Assembly: GCA_944393385.1 (NCBI GenBank)
Contig: CALYAA010000002.1
Span: 4,274-68,273 of the forward strand
DNA length: 64,000 nucleotides
Origin: an uncultured Clostridia bacterium
GTDB lineage: Bacteria > Bacillota > Clostridia > TANB77 > CAG-508
Direction: 5' to 3'
Within the stretch, counting starts at the first letter, position 1; each line of letters opens with the position of its first letter. The notes beneath the pieces are model-generated. The model searched no databases. It was not told the DNA's origin and saw nothing but the letters and a program-made list of their open reading frames with translations. Position numbers and translations under genes: made by a program. This document shows positions 39,986-49,297 of the stretch, piece after piece.

Positions 39986-42232
39986 ATGATAGCAGAAGTA
40001 ATAATAAATAGATCAGCCAAAAAATTAAATAGAACATTTGACTATAATATACCAAAAAATCTGGAAGAGCTAATAATGATAGGAAGTACAGTATTAGTAC
40101 CATTCGGAAAAAGTGCAGAAGGTAAAGAAACAAATTTAGCTACAGGATATGTTGTAGGAATAAAAGAAAACACAGCATATGAAGTAAAAGATATAGCAAA
40201 TGTAAAACATAATTTAACAGAAAATCAAATAGAACTAGCTAAATGGATGGCAAAAAGATATTTTTGTAATGTTTCAGATTGTATAAATTTAATGGTAACA
40301 CCAGGAACAAAAAGTCAAAAAAAGAACAATGTACAAGAAAAAACAATCAATACAGTATATTTAAAAAAAGATATAGAAGAAATAGAGTTTGATATTGAAG
40401 AAAATAAAATAAAATCTGAAAAACAAAAAAAGATATTACAATTTTTAAAAAACAATGAAGGAGCAACAATTGCAGAAATAGAAATGTTCACAGGTGGAAC
40501 AAGAGCAATTGTAAAAACTTTAGAGAAAAATGGATACATAGAAATTGTAGAAAAGAAAATAGAAAGAAATCCATTAGCAAATAAAAATTTAGAAAAAACA
40601 GAAAACTTAAAACTAACAGATGAGCAACAAAATGCATTTAATCAAATTACAAAAAAAATGGATAATAATCAATATGAACAATTTTTAATTCATGGAGTTA
40701 CAGGCTCAGGAAAAACAGAAATATATTTACAATTAATAGGAAAAGCATTAAGTCAAGACAAAACAGCAATTGTACTAGTTCCAGAAATATCTTTAACACC
40801 ACAAATGATAGATAGATTTATAAGTAGATTTAACAAAGAAAAAATAGCAGTATTACATAGCAAATTATCAATTGGAGAAAGATATGATGAATGGAATAGA
40901 ATAAAAGAAGGAAAAGCCCCAATCGTAATAGGAGCAAGGTCTGCAATATTTGCACCTATAGAAAATATTGGAATAATAATAATAGATGAAGAACATGATA
41001 GTTCATATAAATCAGAAGCGGTTCCAAAATATGATGCTAAAGAAATAGCAAAAAAAATAGCAAAAGAAAATAATTGCCCATTAATATTAGGAAGTGCAAC
41101 ACCAGATTTAAACACATATTATAAAGCAAAAGAAGAAAAAATAAAATTACTAGAATTAACTAAAAGAGCGAATAATTCTAGCCTTCCAACAGTAGAAGTA
41201 GTAGACTTAAAAACAGAACTTGCAAATGGAAATAGATCAATGATAAGTTTGCTATTGCATGATGCAATAGCAAAAAATCTTGCAGAAAAAAAGCAAACAA
41301 TACTATTTTTAAACAGAAGAGGATTTTCAACATTTATAATGTGTAGAGAATGTGGATATACTGTAAAATGCAAAAATTGTGATATAAGTTTAACATACCA
41401 CAAATTTGAAAACAAATTAAAATGCCATTATTGTGGATATGAAGAAGATGTTGTAACAGTTTGTCCAGAATGTCATAGTACAAAAATAAGATATTTTGGA
41501 ACAGGAACACAAAGACTAGAACAAGAAATAAACAAAGAATTTCCAAATGCAAGTACAATTAGAATGGACAAAGATACAGTAACCAAAAAAAATTCTCATG
41601 AAGAAATTTTAAATAAATTCAAAGATGAAAATATTGATATATTAGTAGGAACACAAATGATAGTTAAAGGACATCACTTCCCAAATGTAACATTAGTTGG
41701 AGTTGTTGCTGCAGATAGCAGTTTAAATATAGATGATTACAGAGCAAATGAAAGAACATTCCAAATTTTAACACAAGTTGCAGGAAGAGCAGGAAGAGAA
41801 AAAGAACAAGGAAAAGTAATAATACAAACATATAATCCAGAAAACTTTGCAATACAATGTGCAAAAAAGCAAGATTATAAAAAATTTTACGAAACAGAGA
41901 TTGCTTTACGTGAGCAATTAAAATACCCACCATTTAAAGATATTATATTAATAAATTTCAACAGTTTAGTAGAAAATGAAATAAAACAAGTATCTTTAGA
42001 TGTTTATAAATATTTAGTAGAAAATCTAAATTCAGAAGAATTTAAAATAATGAAACCAATGCCATCACCAATAGACAGAATTCAAAATTATTATAGATGG
42101 AGAATGATTATAAAAGGAAATATGACTACAGAGGCTAATAATGTCTTTAACGATTGTTTAAAATTAATTTATAATAAAAATTATAAAAATACACGAATTT
42201 CTATTGATGTAAATCCTAATAGCATGATTTGA
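39986..42232 (+). CDS. priA: Primosomal protein N' (replication restart helicase PriA).
   Basis: GVTGSGKTE Walker A, DEEHD, and a Cys-rich zinc-binding insert (CRECGY..CKNC...CHYCGY..CPEC). Confidence 0.93.
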   Translation: MIAEVIINRSAKKLNRTFDYNIPKNLEELIMIGSTVLVPFGKSAEGKETNLATGYVVGIKENTAYEVKDIANVKHNLTENQIELAKWMAKRYFCNVSDCINLMVTPGTKSQKKNNVQEKTINTVYLKKDIEEIEFDIEENKIKSEKQKKILQFLKNNEGATIAEIEMFTGGTRAIVKTLEKNGYIEIVEKKIERNPLANKNLEKTENLKLTDEQQNAFNQITKKMDNNQYEQFLIHGVTGSGKTEIYLQLIGKALSQDKTAIVLVPEISLTPQMIDRFISRFNKEKIAVLHSKLSIGERYDEWNRIKEGKAPIVIGARSAIFAPIENIGIIIIDEEHDSSYKSEAVPKYDAKEIAKKIAKENNCPLILGSATPDLNTYYKAKEEKIKLLELTKRANNSSLPTVEVVDLKTELANGNRSMISLLLHDAIAKNLAEKKQTILFLNRRGFSTFIMCRECGYTVKCKNCDISLTYHKFENKLKCHYCGYEEDVVTVCPECHSTKIRYFGTGTQRLEQEINKEFPNASTIRMDKDTVTKKNSHEEILNKFKDENIDILVGTQMIVKGHHFPNVTLVGVVAADSSLNIDDYRANERTFQILTQVAGRAGREKEQGKVIIQTYNPENFAIQCAKKQDYKKFYETEIALREQLKYPPFKDIILINFNSLVENEIKQVSLDVYKYLVENLNSEEFKIMKPMPSPIDRIQNYYRWRMIIKGNMTTEANNVFNDCLKLIYNKNYKNTRISIDVNPNSMI

Positions 42233-42335
42233 TTTGCAAAATTATGTAAAATGTTGTATAATATAAACTGTAAGTAGCAATGGCTATTGGTAAATAAAAA
42301 ATCCATAAAAGCACTTAGAGAGAAAGGAAATAGAA

Positions 42336-42509
42336 ATGATTTTCAAGACTTTATTCACATTAGTAATGTTGCAAAACATGGTCTATGCTATAGAAAATTT
42401 CTATCTGTTTTTAATGACAGGAGATTCAGTGGGTTTGGTAAAAGGAATAATTGTACTAATACTGTCTTTATTACTTGGAGCACCATTATTCAAAGAGTTT
42501 AGAAAATAA
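42336..42509 (+). CDS. Small hydrophobic protein (57 aa), hypothetical. It is not in the ORF track.
   Basis: RBS agaaagga 6 nt upstream. MIFKTLFTLVMLQNMVYAIENFYLFLMTGDSVGLVKGIIVLILSLLLGAPLFKEFRK gives two predicted TM segments. A strong terminator follows. Confidence 0.4.
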   Translation: MIFKTLFTLVMLQNMVYAIENFYLFLMTGDSVGLVKGIIVLILSLLLGAPLFKEFRK

Positions 42510-42549
42510 ATAAAGTGTCGAATCTTGATTAAGAAAAGAAGGAGATATT

Positions 42550-42574
42550 CACAGCACCACTGGTGCTGTGTTTT
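42550..42574 (+). terminator. Rho-independent terminator.
   Basis: cacagcacc / ggtgctgtg stem plus tttt. Confidence 0.75.
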
Positions 42575-42732
42575 AATTTGCCCCCAAAATGTAAAATTAA
42601 TATAAGACGGTAATAAAAAATGTCTACATTTATTGAAAATATATCTTACATAAAATTCTCACAGAAATTAATTGACAAAAAATTTAAATTGATATATCAT
42701 AATATAGGTAATAAAGGGAAAAATATAAAAAA

Positions 42733-42774
42733 ATAGGTTTATAGGTAAACCTTTGTTAAAACCTAAATAAATTT
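42733..42774 (+). promoter_or_regulatory. Conserved leader motif, copy 1 (upstream of def).
   Basis: ataGGTTTATAGGTAaacctttgttaAAACCTAAATAAATTt ends 19 nt before the def ATG. Confidence 0.6.
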
Positions 42775-42793
42775 AGACAAGGAGCAATAAATA

Positions 42794-43279
42794 ATGGCAA
42801 TAAGAACGATGAGACTAGAAAATGATGAAATATTAAGAAAAAAATCAAGAGAAGTAGAAGAAATAGACGAAAAAATACAAACACTCATAGATGATATGAT
42901 AGAAACAATGTACAAATACAATGGAGTTGGATTATCAGCAGTACAAGTAGGAGTTTTGAAAAGAGTTGTAGTTATAGATATAGAAGACGGAGAAGGAGCA
43001 AGAGTTTTTATTAATCCTAAAATAGTAAATGTAAAAGGAGAACATGAAGTAGAAGAAGGATGCTTAAGTTTTCCAAACCAATATGCAAAAGTCATAAGAC
43101 CAAAAGAACTAACTGTTGAAGCTTTAGATAGAGAAGGAAAGAAATTTACATTAAAAGCAAAAGATTTATTAGCACAAGCAATAGCACACGAAGTAGACCA
43201 TTTAGAAGGAATAGTATTTACAGATAGAATGATACCAGGAACACTTGAATATGTCCAAAATGAAAACAATGAACAATAA
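42794..43279 (+). CDS. def: Peptide deformylase.
   Basis: GVGLSAVQVG, EGCLSFP and HEVDHL motifs. Confidence 0.95.
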   Translation: MAIRTMRLENDEILRKKSREVEEIDEKIQTLIDDMIETMYKYNGVGLSAVQVGVLKRVVVIDIEDGEGARVFINPKIVNVKGEHEVEEGCLSFPNQYAKVIRPKELTVEALDREGKKFTLKAKDLLAQAIAHEVDHLEGIVFTDRMIPGTLEYVQNENNEQ

Positions 43280-43363
43280 AAAGGAAAAAAGAGAACCACC
43301 TAATTTACCACAAGGTAAAAAATGGCACCTAATTTCCTAAAGAAAAAAGGAATGTGAAGTATA

Positions 43364-44005
43364 ATGAAGAAAAAAGTATTAAAAATAATAATTCCATTAA
43401 TATTAGTTATAGCTATTATCATAGCAATTATCGTTTTTAGAAATAATTCACAGCCAAAGATACAATTACTCTCAGAAGTATATAATCAATTAAGTAGTAA
43501 TTCATCATATCAATTTCAAAAAGAAAAAGATGCAAATAATAAAACAATTATTGCCAGAGATGGAAATAATGCTGTAATTGATAATTACACATCAGGAACA
43601 CATACTACAACAATAATAAAAGATAATACAACAACATATATTACTCATGAAAAAGAAGAATATTATATATACAATAATACAAATATAGATATAAATGTTG
43701 TTGAAAGTTGGCTTACAGATGTTGTTAGTAGAGAGTATACAACAGGTGAAGAAAAAATAAGAGGGAAAAAATATTATTATGAAGAATATCAAGGAACAAC
43801 TATGTTCACAGATACTAATGTTTTAAATGATGATGAAAGTCAAGTTAAAACGAGATTTTATTTTGATAAAGATAATAATTTAGTTTATATAAAAACTATT
43901 TTTAGTCAAATGGAAGAAGAAACATTAAAAATAGAAATTTCATCAGATATAGATAAATCTTTATTTGAAATTCCATCAGAATATATGGAAATTTCTATTG
44001 ACTAA
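43364..44005 (+). CDS. Membrane-anchored or secreted hypothetical protein, possibly LolA-fold-like.
   Basis: N-terminal TM or signal anchor. Its architecture is similar to the 39010-39609 product. Confidence 0.5.
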   Translation: MKKKVLKIIIPLILVIAIIIAIIVFRNNSQPKIQLLSEVYNQLSSNSSYQFQKEKDANNKTIIARDGNNAVIDNYTSGTHTTTIIKDNTTTYITHEKEEYYIYNNTNIDINVVESWLTDVVSREYTTGEEKIRGKKYYYEEYQGTTMFTDTNVLNDDESQVKTRFYFDKDNNLVYIKTIFSQMEEETLKIEISSDIDKSLFEIPSEYMEISID

Positions 44006-44199
44006 AATATTAAAAATTGTATATAATTTAGAATGAGCAATTTAAAGATATTACAAGTATTTTTTTATTTTATTATTGTTTATAAGACATAATTCTTATA
44101 ATAAAAAAATCTTAAGTTTGTAAAATTTAAATTGTTTAAATTCAATTTATATAATAATTACCTATATGGTAAAAAAATTCAAAAGAAGGAGTGAAAAAT

Positions 44200-45360
44200 A
44201 TGTCAGTTAAATTTACTTTAAATGAAACATCATATTTTGGAAAAGGTGCAAGAGAAGAATTATCAAAAGAAATCAAAAACAGAGGATTCAAAAAAGTTTT
44301 TGTTGTAACAGATAAGTCTTTAGTAGAATGTGGACTAATCAATAAAGTTACAGAAGTCTTAGAAAGAGCAGAAATACCATATGAAGTATATTCTGATGTA
44401 AAACCAAATCCATCAATAAAAAATGTAACAGATGGTGTACAAGCATGTAAAAATTCAGGAGCTGATGTAATAGTTGCTGTAGGAGGAGGCTCAAGTATAG
44501 ATACTGCAAAAGGTGTATCTATAGTTATGACAAATCCAGAAAGAAGTGATATTGTATCACTAAATGGAGCATCAAATACAGTAAATAGAGGAATGCCATT
44601 AATAGCATTACCAACAACAGCAGGAACAGCTGCAGAAGTAACAATAAATTATGTAATAACAGATGAAGAAAGAGAAATAAAAATGGTATGTGTAGATGAA
44701 CATGACATTCCAATAATAGCAATAGTAGATTCAGAACTAATGGCAACAATGCCAAAATCATTAGCAGCAGCAACAGGAATGGATGCATTAACACATGCAG
44801 TAGAAGGATATATAACAAAAGCACACAACACAATGTCAGACATGTTCCATATGAAAGCAATAAAACTAATATTCAAATATTTAGCATCAGCAGTAAATGA
44901 AAAAGATGAAGAAGCAATAGAAATGATGGGACTAGCACAATATATTGCAGGAATGGGATTCTCAAATGTTGGACTTGGAATAGTACACTCAATGGCACAT
45001 CAATTAGGTGCAGTTTATGATACACCACATGGAATAGCAAATGCAATATTATTACCAACAGTTATGAGATTTAATGGAGCAGACCATGCAACAGCACAAA
45101 GATTCAGAGAAATATTATGTGAAATTGGAAGACCAGATGCAGAACACTTAAATGACCAAGATGTTATCAATACATTTGTATGGATGATAACAGAACTATC
45201 TAAATCAGTGGGAATAACACAAAGAGTTAGAGATGTAGGAGCAAAAGAAGAAGATTTTGAAATGTTAGCAGAAAAAGCAATGCAAGATCCATGTAAACCA
45301 GGAAACCCAAGAGAAGTTTCAAAAGAGGATTTCGTTGAATTATATAGACAAGCATTCTAA
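44200..45360 (+). CDS. Iron-containing alcohol dehydrogenase (lactaldehyde reductase-like).
   Basis: GGGSSIDTAKG, and the His-rich metal site (HAVEGY..., HSMAHQLG). ATG at 44200 after aaggag. Confidence 0.88.
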   Translation: MSVKFTLNETSYFGKGAREELSKEIKNRGFKKVFVVTDKSLVECGLINKVTEVLERAEIPYEVYSDVKPNPSIKNVTDGVQACKNSGADVIVAVGGGSSIDTAKGVSIVMTNPERSDIVSLNGASNTVNRGMPLIALPTTAGTAAEVTINYVITDEEREIKMVCVDEHDIPIIAIVDSELMATMPKSLAAATGMDALTHAVEGYITKAHNTMSDMFHMKAIKLIFKYLASAVNEKDEEAIEMMGLAQYIAGMGFSNVGLGIVHSMAHQLGAVYDTPHGIANAILLPTVMRFNGADHATAQRFREILCEIGRPDAEHLNDQDVINTFVWMITELSKSVGITQRVRDVGAKEEDFEMLAEKAMQDPCKPGNPREVSKEDFVELYRQAF

Positions 45361-45440
45361 AATGTGATATAATAGCTTAAGATTTGACGCCAAGAGCATC
45401 AATCATAAGCTATTTTTTCTAATTTTTATGGGAGGAAAAA

Positions 45441-45839
45441 ATGAGAGCTCAATTGTATTCCGTTCAAAATGATGGGCAGAGATATTCTGCAGCAGAAGGG
45501 AATGTAAAAGCAGTCTTATCAATGTTAGCCCTTCCTGGTTTAAGAGAAAGCATTGTATTAACCAAAAGGAGCGTGATAAAAACTCTCAGCAAATTTTGTA
45601 GACCCAATAGACCTCTTGCAACTGGAAAAGAAACAACTTTAGGAGGTAAAATCTATATTTTACAATTAGAAAATGAGTGGAACATAGAATTTATTTCCTA
45701 TGGAGAGATGGAAGATAAAGAAAAGGAGGATGAATACAACATACAAATAAAAAAAGTTTACAGAAAAAAATTTGAAATTTACCAAATTAATGAAGAATCT
45801 AAATATAAAAGAACTTTATATTTAGATATAAAAGAATAA
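45441..45839 (+). CDS. Hypothetical protein (132 aa), orphan.
   Basis: RBS gggagg. The 5' two-thirds is visibly GC-richer than the 3' third. No motif recognised. Confidence 0.5.
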   Translation: MRAQLYSVQNDGQRYSAAEGNVKAVLSMLALPGLRESIVLTKRSVIKTLSKFCRPNRPLATGKETTLGGKIYILQLENEWNIEFISYGEMEDKEKEDEYNIQIKKVYRKKFEIYQINEESKYKRTLYLDIKE

Positions 45840-45854
45840 AAGAGAGGTTTTTTT

Positions 45855-46202
45855 ATGAGTATGAATGTCTTTGAATGGCAACCTGATTGGTTCCGGATGT
45901 CTCAAGAAGAGGCAGAAAAATCCATTATTAAATGGGCAAATCAGGAGAAAGAAAAAAATCAGGTAGTCATTTTTGATGCAGAAGCAATTTTAAAAAGCAC
46001 TGCATTTAAAACCACCTTAGATAGTTACAAGAAGAGGAAGTACACTTCTACATGTGGAAGCTTGATTATCAAATGGAAGCGTGTAGAAAACATTGGTGTT
46101 TTAACAAAAATCAAACGTAAGGAGTATTACAATGCTCCTAAAAAACTGAAAAATGCATCTGGCATTACATATATTATGCAAGAGCAAGGTGCAAAAAAGT
46201 AA
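45855..46202 (+). CDS. Hypothetical protein (115 aa), orphan.
   Basis: RBS agagagg, 15 nt after the upstream stop, so probably an operon. Higher G+C. No motif recognised. Confidence 0.5.
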   Translation: MSMNVFEWQPDWFRMSQEEAEKSIIKWANQEKEKNQVVIFDAEAILKSTAFKTTLDSYKKRKYTSTCGSLIIKWKRVENIGVLTKIKRKEYYNAPKKLKNASGITYIMQEQGAKK

Positions 46203-46225
46203 TCCATAATCCATAAAAATTAAAT

Positions 46226-46263
46226 AGGCCAGTGCTAAGAGTTAATTTCAAAGCACTGGCCTA
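46226..46263 (+). terminator. GC-rich stem-loop terminator.
   Basis: aggccagtgct / agcactggcct stem. Confidence 0.7.
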
Positions 46264-46313
46264 TTGTCAATATTGTCAATGGGGACGGAGATTTTGACAA
46301 CTTTTTGTGTAAA
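46264..46313 (-). repeat. TTGACA/TGTCAA/CCGTCCCC element, inverted copy.
   Basis: ttgtcaatattgtcaatggggacggagattttgacaac. The reverse complement carries gttgtcaaaatctccgtccccattgacaa. Confidence 0.9.
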
Positions 46314-46546
46314 CAACATTTTAGTTATGCCGTGGAATAATTACTTAGAAAAAATTATTTTTTAGAAATAATAGAATGCGAAAAAGTATGCTATTTTTTT
46401 CAGAAAGTAAAAAATTAACATTTTTTTATAATATTCACGAAATATCTAGATTTTTTGAAAAAAAGGTGATATAATAGAAAAGTATTTGGAGCCAAGAGCT
46501 CCTAGTTGGATTTGAAAACTCATAAGAAATCAAAGGAGGTTTAGTT

Positions 46547-46957
46547 ATGAGTATTTTTGGTTACCCTATTCGGGACAAGGCAATTTTATTGCCTGTCACT
46601 ACCAAAAATTTCAAAGAGGTTCTCTTTGAACACTTAAAGGAGGAAGATGTACAATTTTGTTGTAGGCGCAACGTATTGCACACGATTTTTAGTAAGACTT
46701 TTACTAAGAATTGGGGGCAAGGATACACGAACGATGGCTTTGGCACATGGATGGTAAGTGAGAGTGGCGTTTTGAAGCTTAGCCGCCTCGAGTATATCAA
46801 CTATGCGTTTGACCTTTTCGATGATTTTCCGGAGGTGGAAACATACATTCAAACTGTGTTTGACGATAGAGGGAACTCTGTATATCGTCGGAATTTCAGA
46901 GACGAGTGTCACATGTATAACAAAACTTACATCTTCATTCTTGGTGAAGAAGAGTAA
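46547..46957 (+). CDS. Hypothetical protein (136 aa), orphan.
   Basis: RBS aaaggagg. Higher G+C. No motif recognised. Confidence 0.55.
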   Translation: MSIFGYPIRDKAILLPVTTKNFKEVLFEHLKEEDVQFCCRRNVLHTIFSKTFTKNWGQGYTNDGFGTWMVSESGVLKLSRLEYINYAFDLFDDFPEVETYIQTVFDDRGNSVYRRNFRDECHMYNKTYIFILGEEE

Positions 46958-46960
46958 GTA

Positions 46961-47007
46961 ACGAAGGAGGAAGTGAGGTTAACACCCTTGCTTCCTCCTT
47001 CGTTTTA
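46961..47007 (+). terminator. GC-rich stem-loop terminator.
   Basis: acgaaggaggaag / cttcctccttcgt stem plus ttt. Confidence 0.75.
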
Positions 47008-47080
47008 CAAAAAATTTTATAAAAGCTTGAAAATTATACTATTTTAGAGTAAAATATATACCGAAAAGGAGAGAAAAAAT

Positions 47081-48307
47081 ATGACATTAGTAGAAGATTT
47101 AAAATGGAGAGGACTTATAAAAGATATATCAAGTCCAGAATTAGAAGAAAAATTAAATAAAGGTGGATTAACATTTTACATAGGAACAGACCCTACAGCA
47201 GACAGCTTACATGTAGGACATTTATCAAGTTTTTTAATATCAAAAAGACTAAAAGAAGCAGGACATCATCCAATATTATTAGTTGGTGGAGGAACAGGAA
47301 TGATAGGAGACCCAAGACCAACAACAGAAAGAGCAATGATAAGCAAAGAACAAGTAAAAAACAATTTTGAAAGCTTAAAAAAACAAGTAGAAAAAATATT
47401 TGGATTTGAAGTAGTAAACAATAATGATTGGTATAAAGACATAAATGTAATAGACTTTTTAAGAGATTATGGAAAATATTTTAATGTAAACTATATGCTA
47501 GACAAAGACATAATAAGAAGAAGATTAGAATCAGGAATAACATATACTGAATTTTCATACATGATATTACAAGCATTAGACTTCAAATATTTACATGAAC
47601 ATAAAGGTGTAGACTTACAATGTGCAGGATCTGACCAATGGGGAAATATCACAGCAGGAATAGATTTAATCAGAAAATCAACAGGAGACGAGGTATATGG
47701 ATTTACAATGCCTTTAGTTACAGATTCACAAGGAAAGAAATTTGGAAAGAGCGAAGGAAATGCTTTATGGCTAGACAAAACAAAAACATCAAGTTACAAA
47801 TTATACCAATTCTTTGTAAATGTTGAAGACTCAATGGTAATAAATTATCTAAAAATTTACACATTTCTTTCAAAAGAAGAAATAGAAGAATATGAAAAGA
47901 AAAATAATGAACACCCAGAATTAAGAGAAGCACATAAGGCTTTAGCAAGAGAAATAATAACATTTTTACATGGTAAAGAAGAATATGAAAGAGCAGAAAA
48001 ATTAGCGCAAAGTTTGTTCAATAATAAATTTGATGATTTAAGCAAACAAGACATATCAGATTTATTTGATGAACAAGACATGAAAGATGTTAATTCCAAT
48101 ATAAGTATAGTAGATATGGTTATAAACGTTGGAGCAGCAAACAGTAAAAGAGAAGCAAGAGAATTTATCTCAAGTGGTGCAATCTCAATAAATGGAAACA
48201 AAGTAACAGACTTAAATTTAACAATTTCAGAGGATATGTTTATAGACAATTATTATATAATTGTAAAAAGAGGCAAAAAGAACTATTATGTAGGAAGAAA
48301 GCAATAG
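47081..48307 (+). CDS. tyrS: Tyrosine--tRNA ligase.
   Basis: HVGH-type motif (SLHVGHL), KFGKS, and a C-terminal S4 domain. Confidence 0.95.
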   Translation: MTLVEDLKWRGLIKDISSPELEEKLNKGGLTFYIGTDPTADSLHVGHLSSFLISKRLKEAGHHPILLVGGGTGMIGDPRPTTERAMISKEQVKNNFESLKKQVEKIFGFEVVNNNDWYKDINVIDFLRDYGKYFNVNYMLDKDIIRRRLESGITYTEFSYMILQALDFKYLHEHKGVDLQCAGSDQWGNITAGIDLIRKSTGDEVYGFTMPLVTDSQGKKFGKSEGNALWLDKTKTSSYKLYQFFVNVEDSMVINYLKIYTFLSKEEIEEYEKKNNEHPELREAHKALAREIITFLHGKEEYERAEKLAQSLFNNKFDDLSKQDISDLFDEQDMKDVNSNISIVDMVINVGAANSKREAREFISSGAISINGNKVTDLNLTISEDMFIDNYYIIVKRGKKNYYVGRKQ

Positions 48308-48378
48308 ATTACTTGAAAAAAAAGGAAAAATGTTGTATAATTATATAGATGGATAGTTGAAAGGAGTGAAAAAATCCA

Positions 48379-49209
48379 TTGAACAAGAATTATGAAATCG
48401 CAATTAACAAGCTGGGCAAACATGCTCGAGTTACACGGGACGTTCATGTAAATTGGACGACAATTTTAGCAACTGCAGTGTTTGTGGCAAACACTATGGT
48501 AGCTAATATTCTTCCTGATGAGGCAAGAAGAACTCAAGTTTCCCATGCTTCAATTGCAACAAGTCCTGCCACAGAGTCCGAGGAGAGTGATTTTTCTCCT
48601 ATCACCGTATACGGTGAGAACGAAGATCGATACAATCAAATAATGGGGGAGGAGATTCTCAAGCAAATGCAAGAAGAGGAAGCTGCCAAAAAGGCAGCAG
48701 AAGAAGCAGCAAGAATTGCTGCTGAAGAAGAAAGAGCAAGGGCAATTGCTGAGGAAAATTCAGCAGATTTCCAAATCCTGAGTATGATTACCTACGCGGA
48801 AGCGGGTAATCAGACTCTTGAGCAGCAGATTGCTGTAGCAGCGACGATACTCAATCGAGTTGAATCCGGAAGTTTTCCAGATTCGATTTGGGAGGTAATT
48901 TCTCAAAAAGGACAATTCTCTTCTGTAAAAGGAGGAGAAATCTATGCCTTAGGAGAAAGAGTCAGCTTTGATGCAGTTCCTGAGAACTGTAAAGAAGCTG
49001 CCAGACGAGCATTGGCAGGAGAAGACCCAACAGAAGAATTGCTTCGGCAAGAGGCAATTCGAAAGGGGTTAAATCCAGAAGAATACGCAACTGATGGGGC
49101 GTTATTCTTTTATAACCCAGAGTACACGGGCTCATCAGAACTTGAGATGCGAAACAGCATCCAAGTAAAAGTGGAATTTGGCGACCACATCTTCTATAAG
49201 GTCTGGTAA
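48379..49209 (+). CDS. Cell wall hydrolase, SleB/Hydrolase_2 family, membrane anchored.
   Basis: TTG start after gaaaggag, an N-terminal TM helix, and an E/A-rich linker. The C-terminal sequence is ITYAEAGNQ...AVAATILNRVESGSFPDSIWEVISQKGQFS. Visibly higher G+C. Confidence 0.75.
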   Translation: MNKNYEIAINKLGKHARVTRDVHVNWTTILATAVFVANTMVANILPDEARRTQVSHASIATSPATESEESDFSPITVYGENEDRYNQIMGEEILKQMQEEEAAKKAAEEAARIAAEEERARAIAEENSADFQILSMITYAEAGNQTLEQQIAVAATILNRVESGSFPDSIWEVISQKGQFSSVKGGEIYALGERVSFDAVPENCKEAARRALAGEDPTEELLRQEAIRKGLNPEEYATDGALFFYNPEYTGSSELEMRNSIQVKVEFGDHIFYKVW

Positions 49210-49254
49210 GTCTAGAATCACTCCACCTTAGCAAGTAAATACTGCTAAGTACAA

Positions 49255-49297
49255 GAGAAGCAAAAGTTGTGAGGTCAACTTCTGCTTCTTTCTTTTT
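49255..49297 (+). terminator. Rho-independent terminator.
   Basis: agaagcaaaagttg / caacttctgcttct stem plus a T-run. Confidence 0.75.

Noticed and set aside
42287-42502. A tracked 71-aa ORF between priA and def.
   Set aside because: It has no RBS and no plausible protein features. A different frame (42336-42509) has a good RBS and two TM segments and is the better candidate.
31525-46500. The recurrence of GCCAAG(A/G) in the cassette IRs (31522-31530 and 32029-32036) and in the leaders at 45389-45397 and 46491-46499, as a possible common recombination core.
   Set aside because: Only 6-7 nt are shared, their orientation relative to the genes is inconsistent, and such a short match is not distinguishable from chance without statistics.
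46958-47080. A T-box riboswitch was expected upstream of tyrS.
   Set aside because: Only about 120 nt separate the upstream terminator from the tyrS start. The gap contains a plain TTGAAA-17-TAAAAT promoter, with no T-box sequence or terminator/antiterminator pair.
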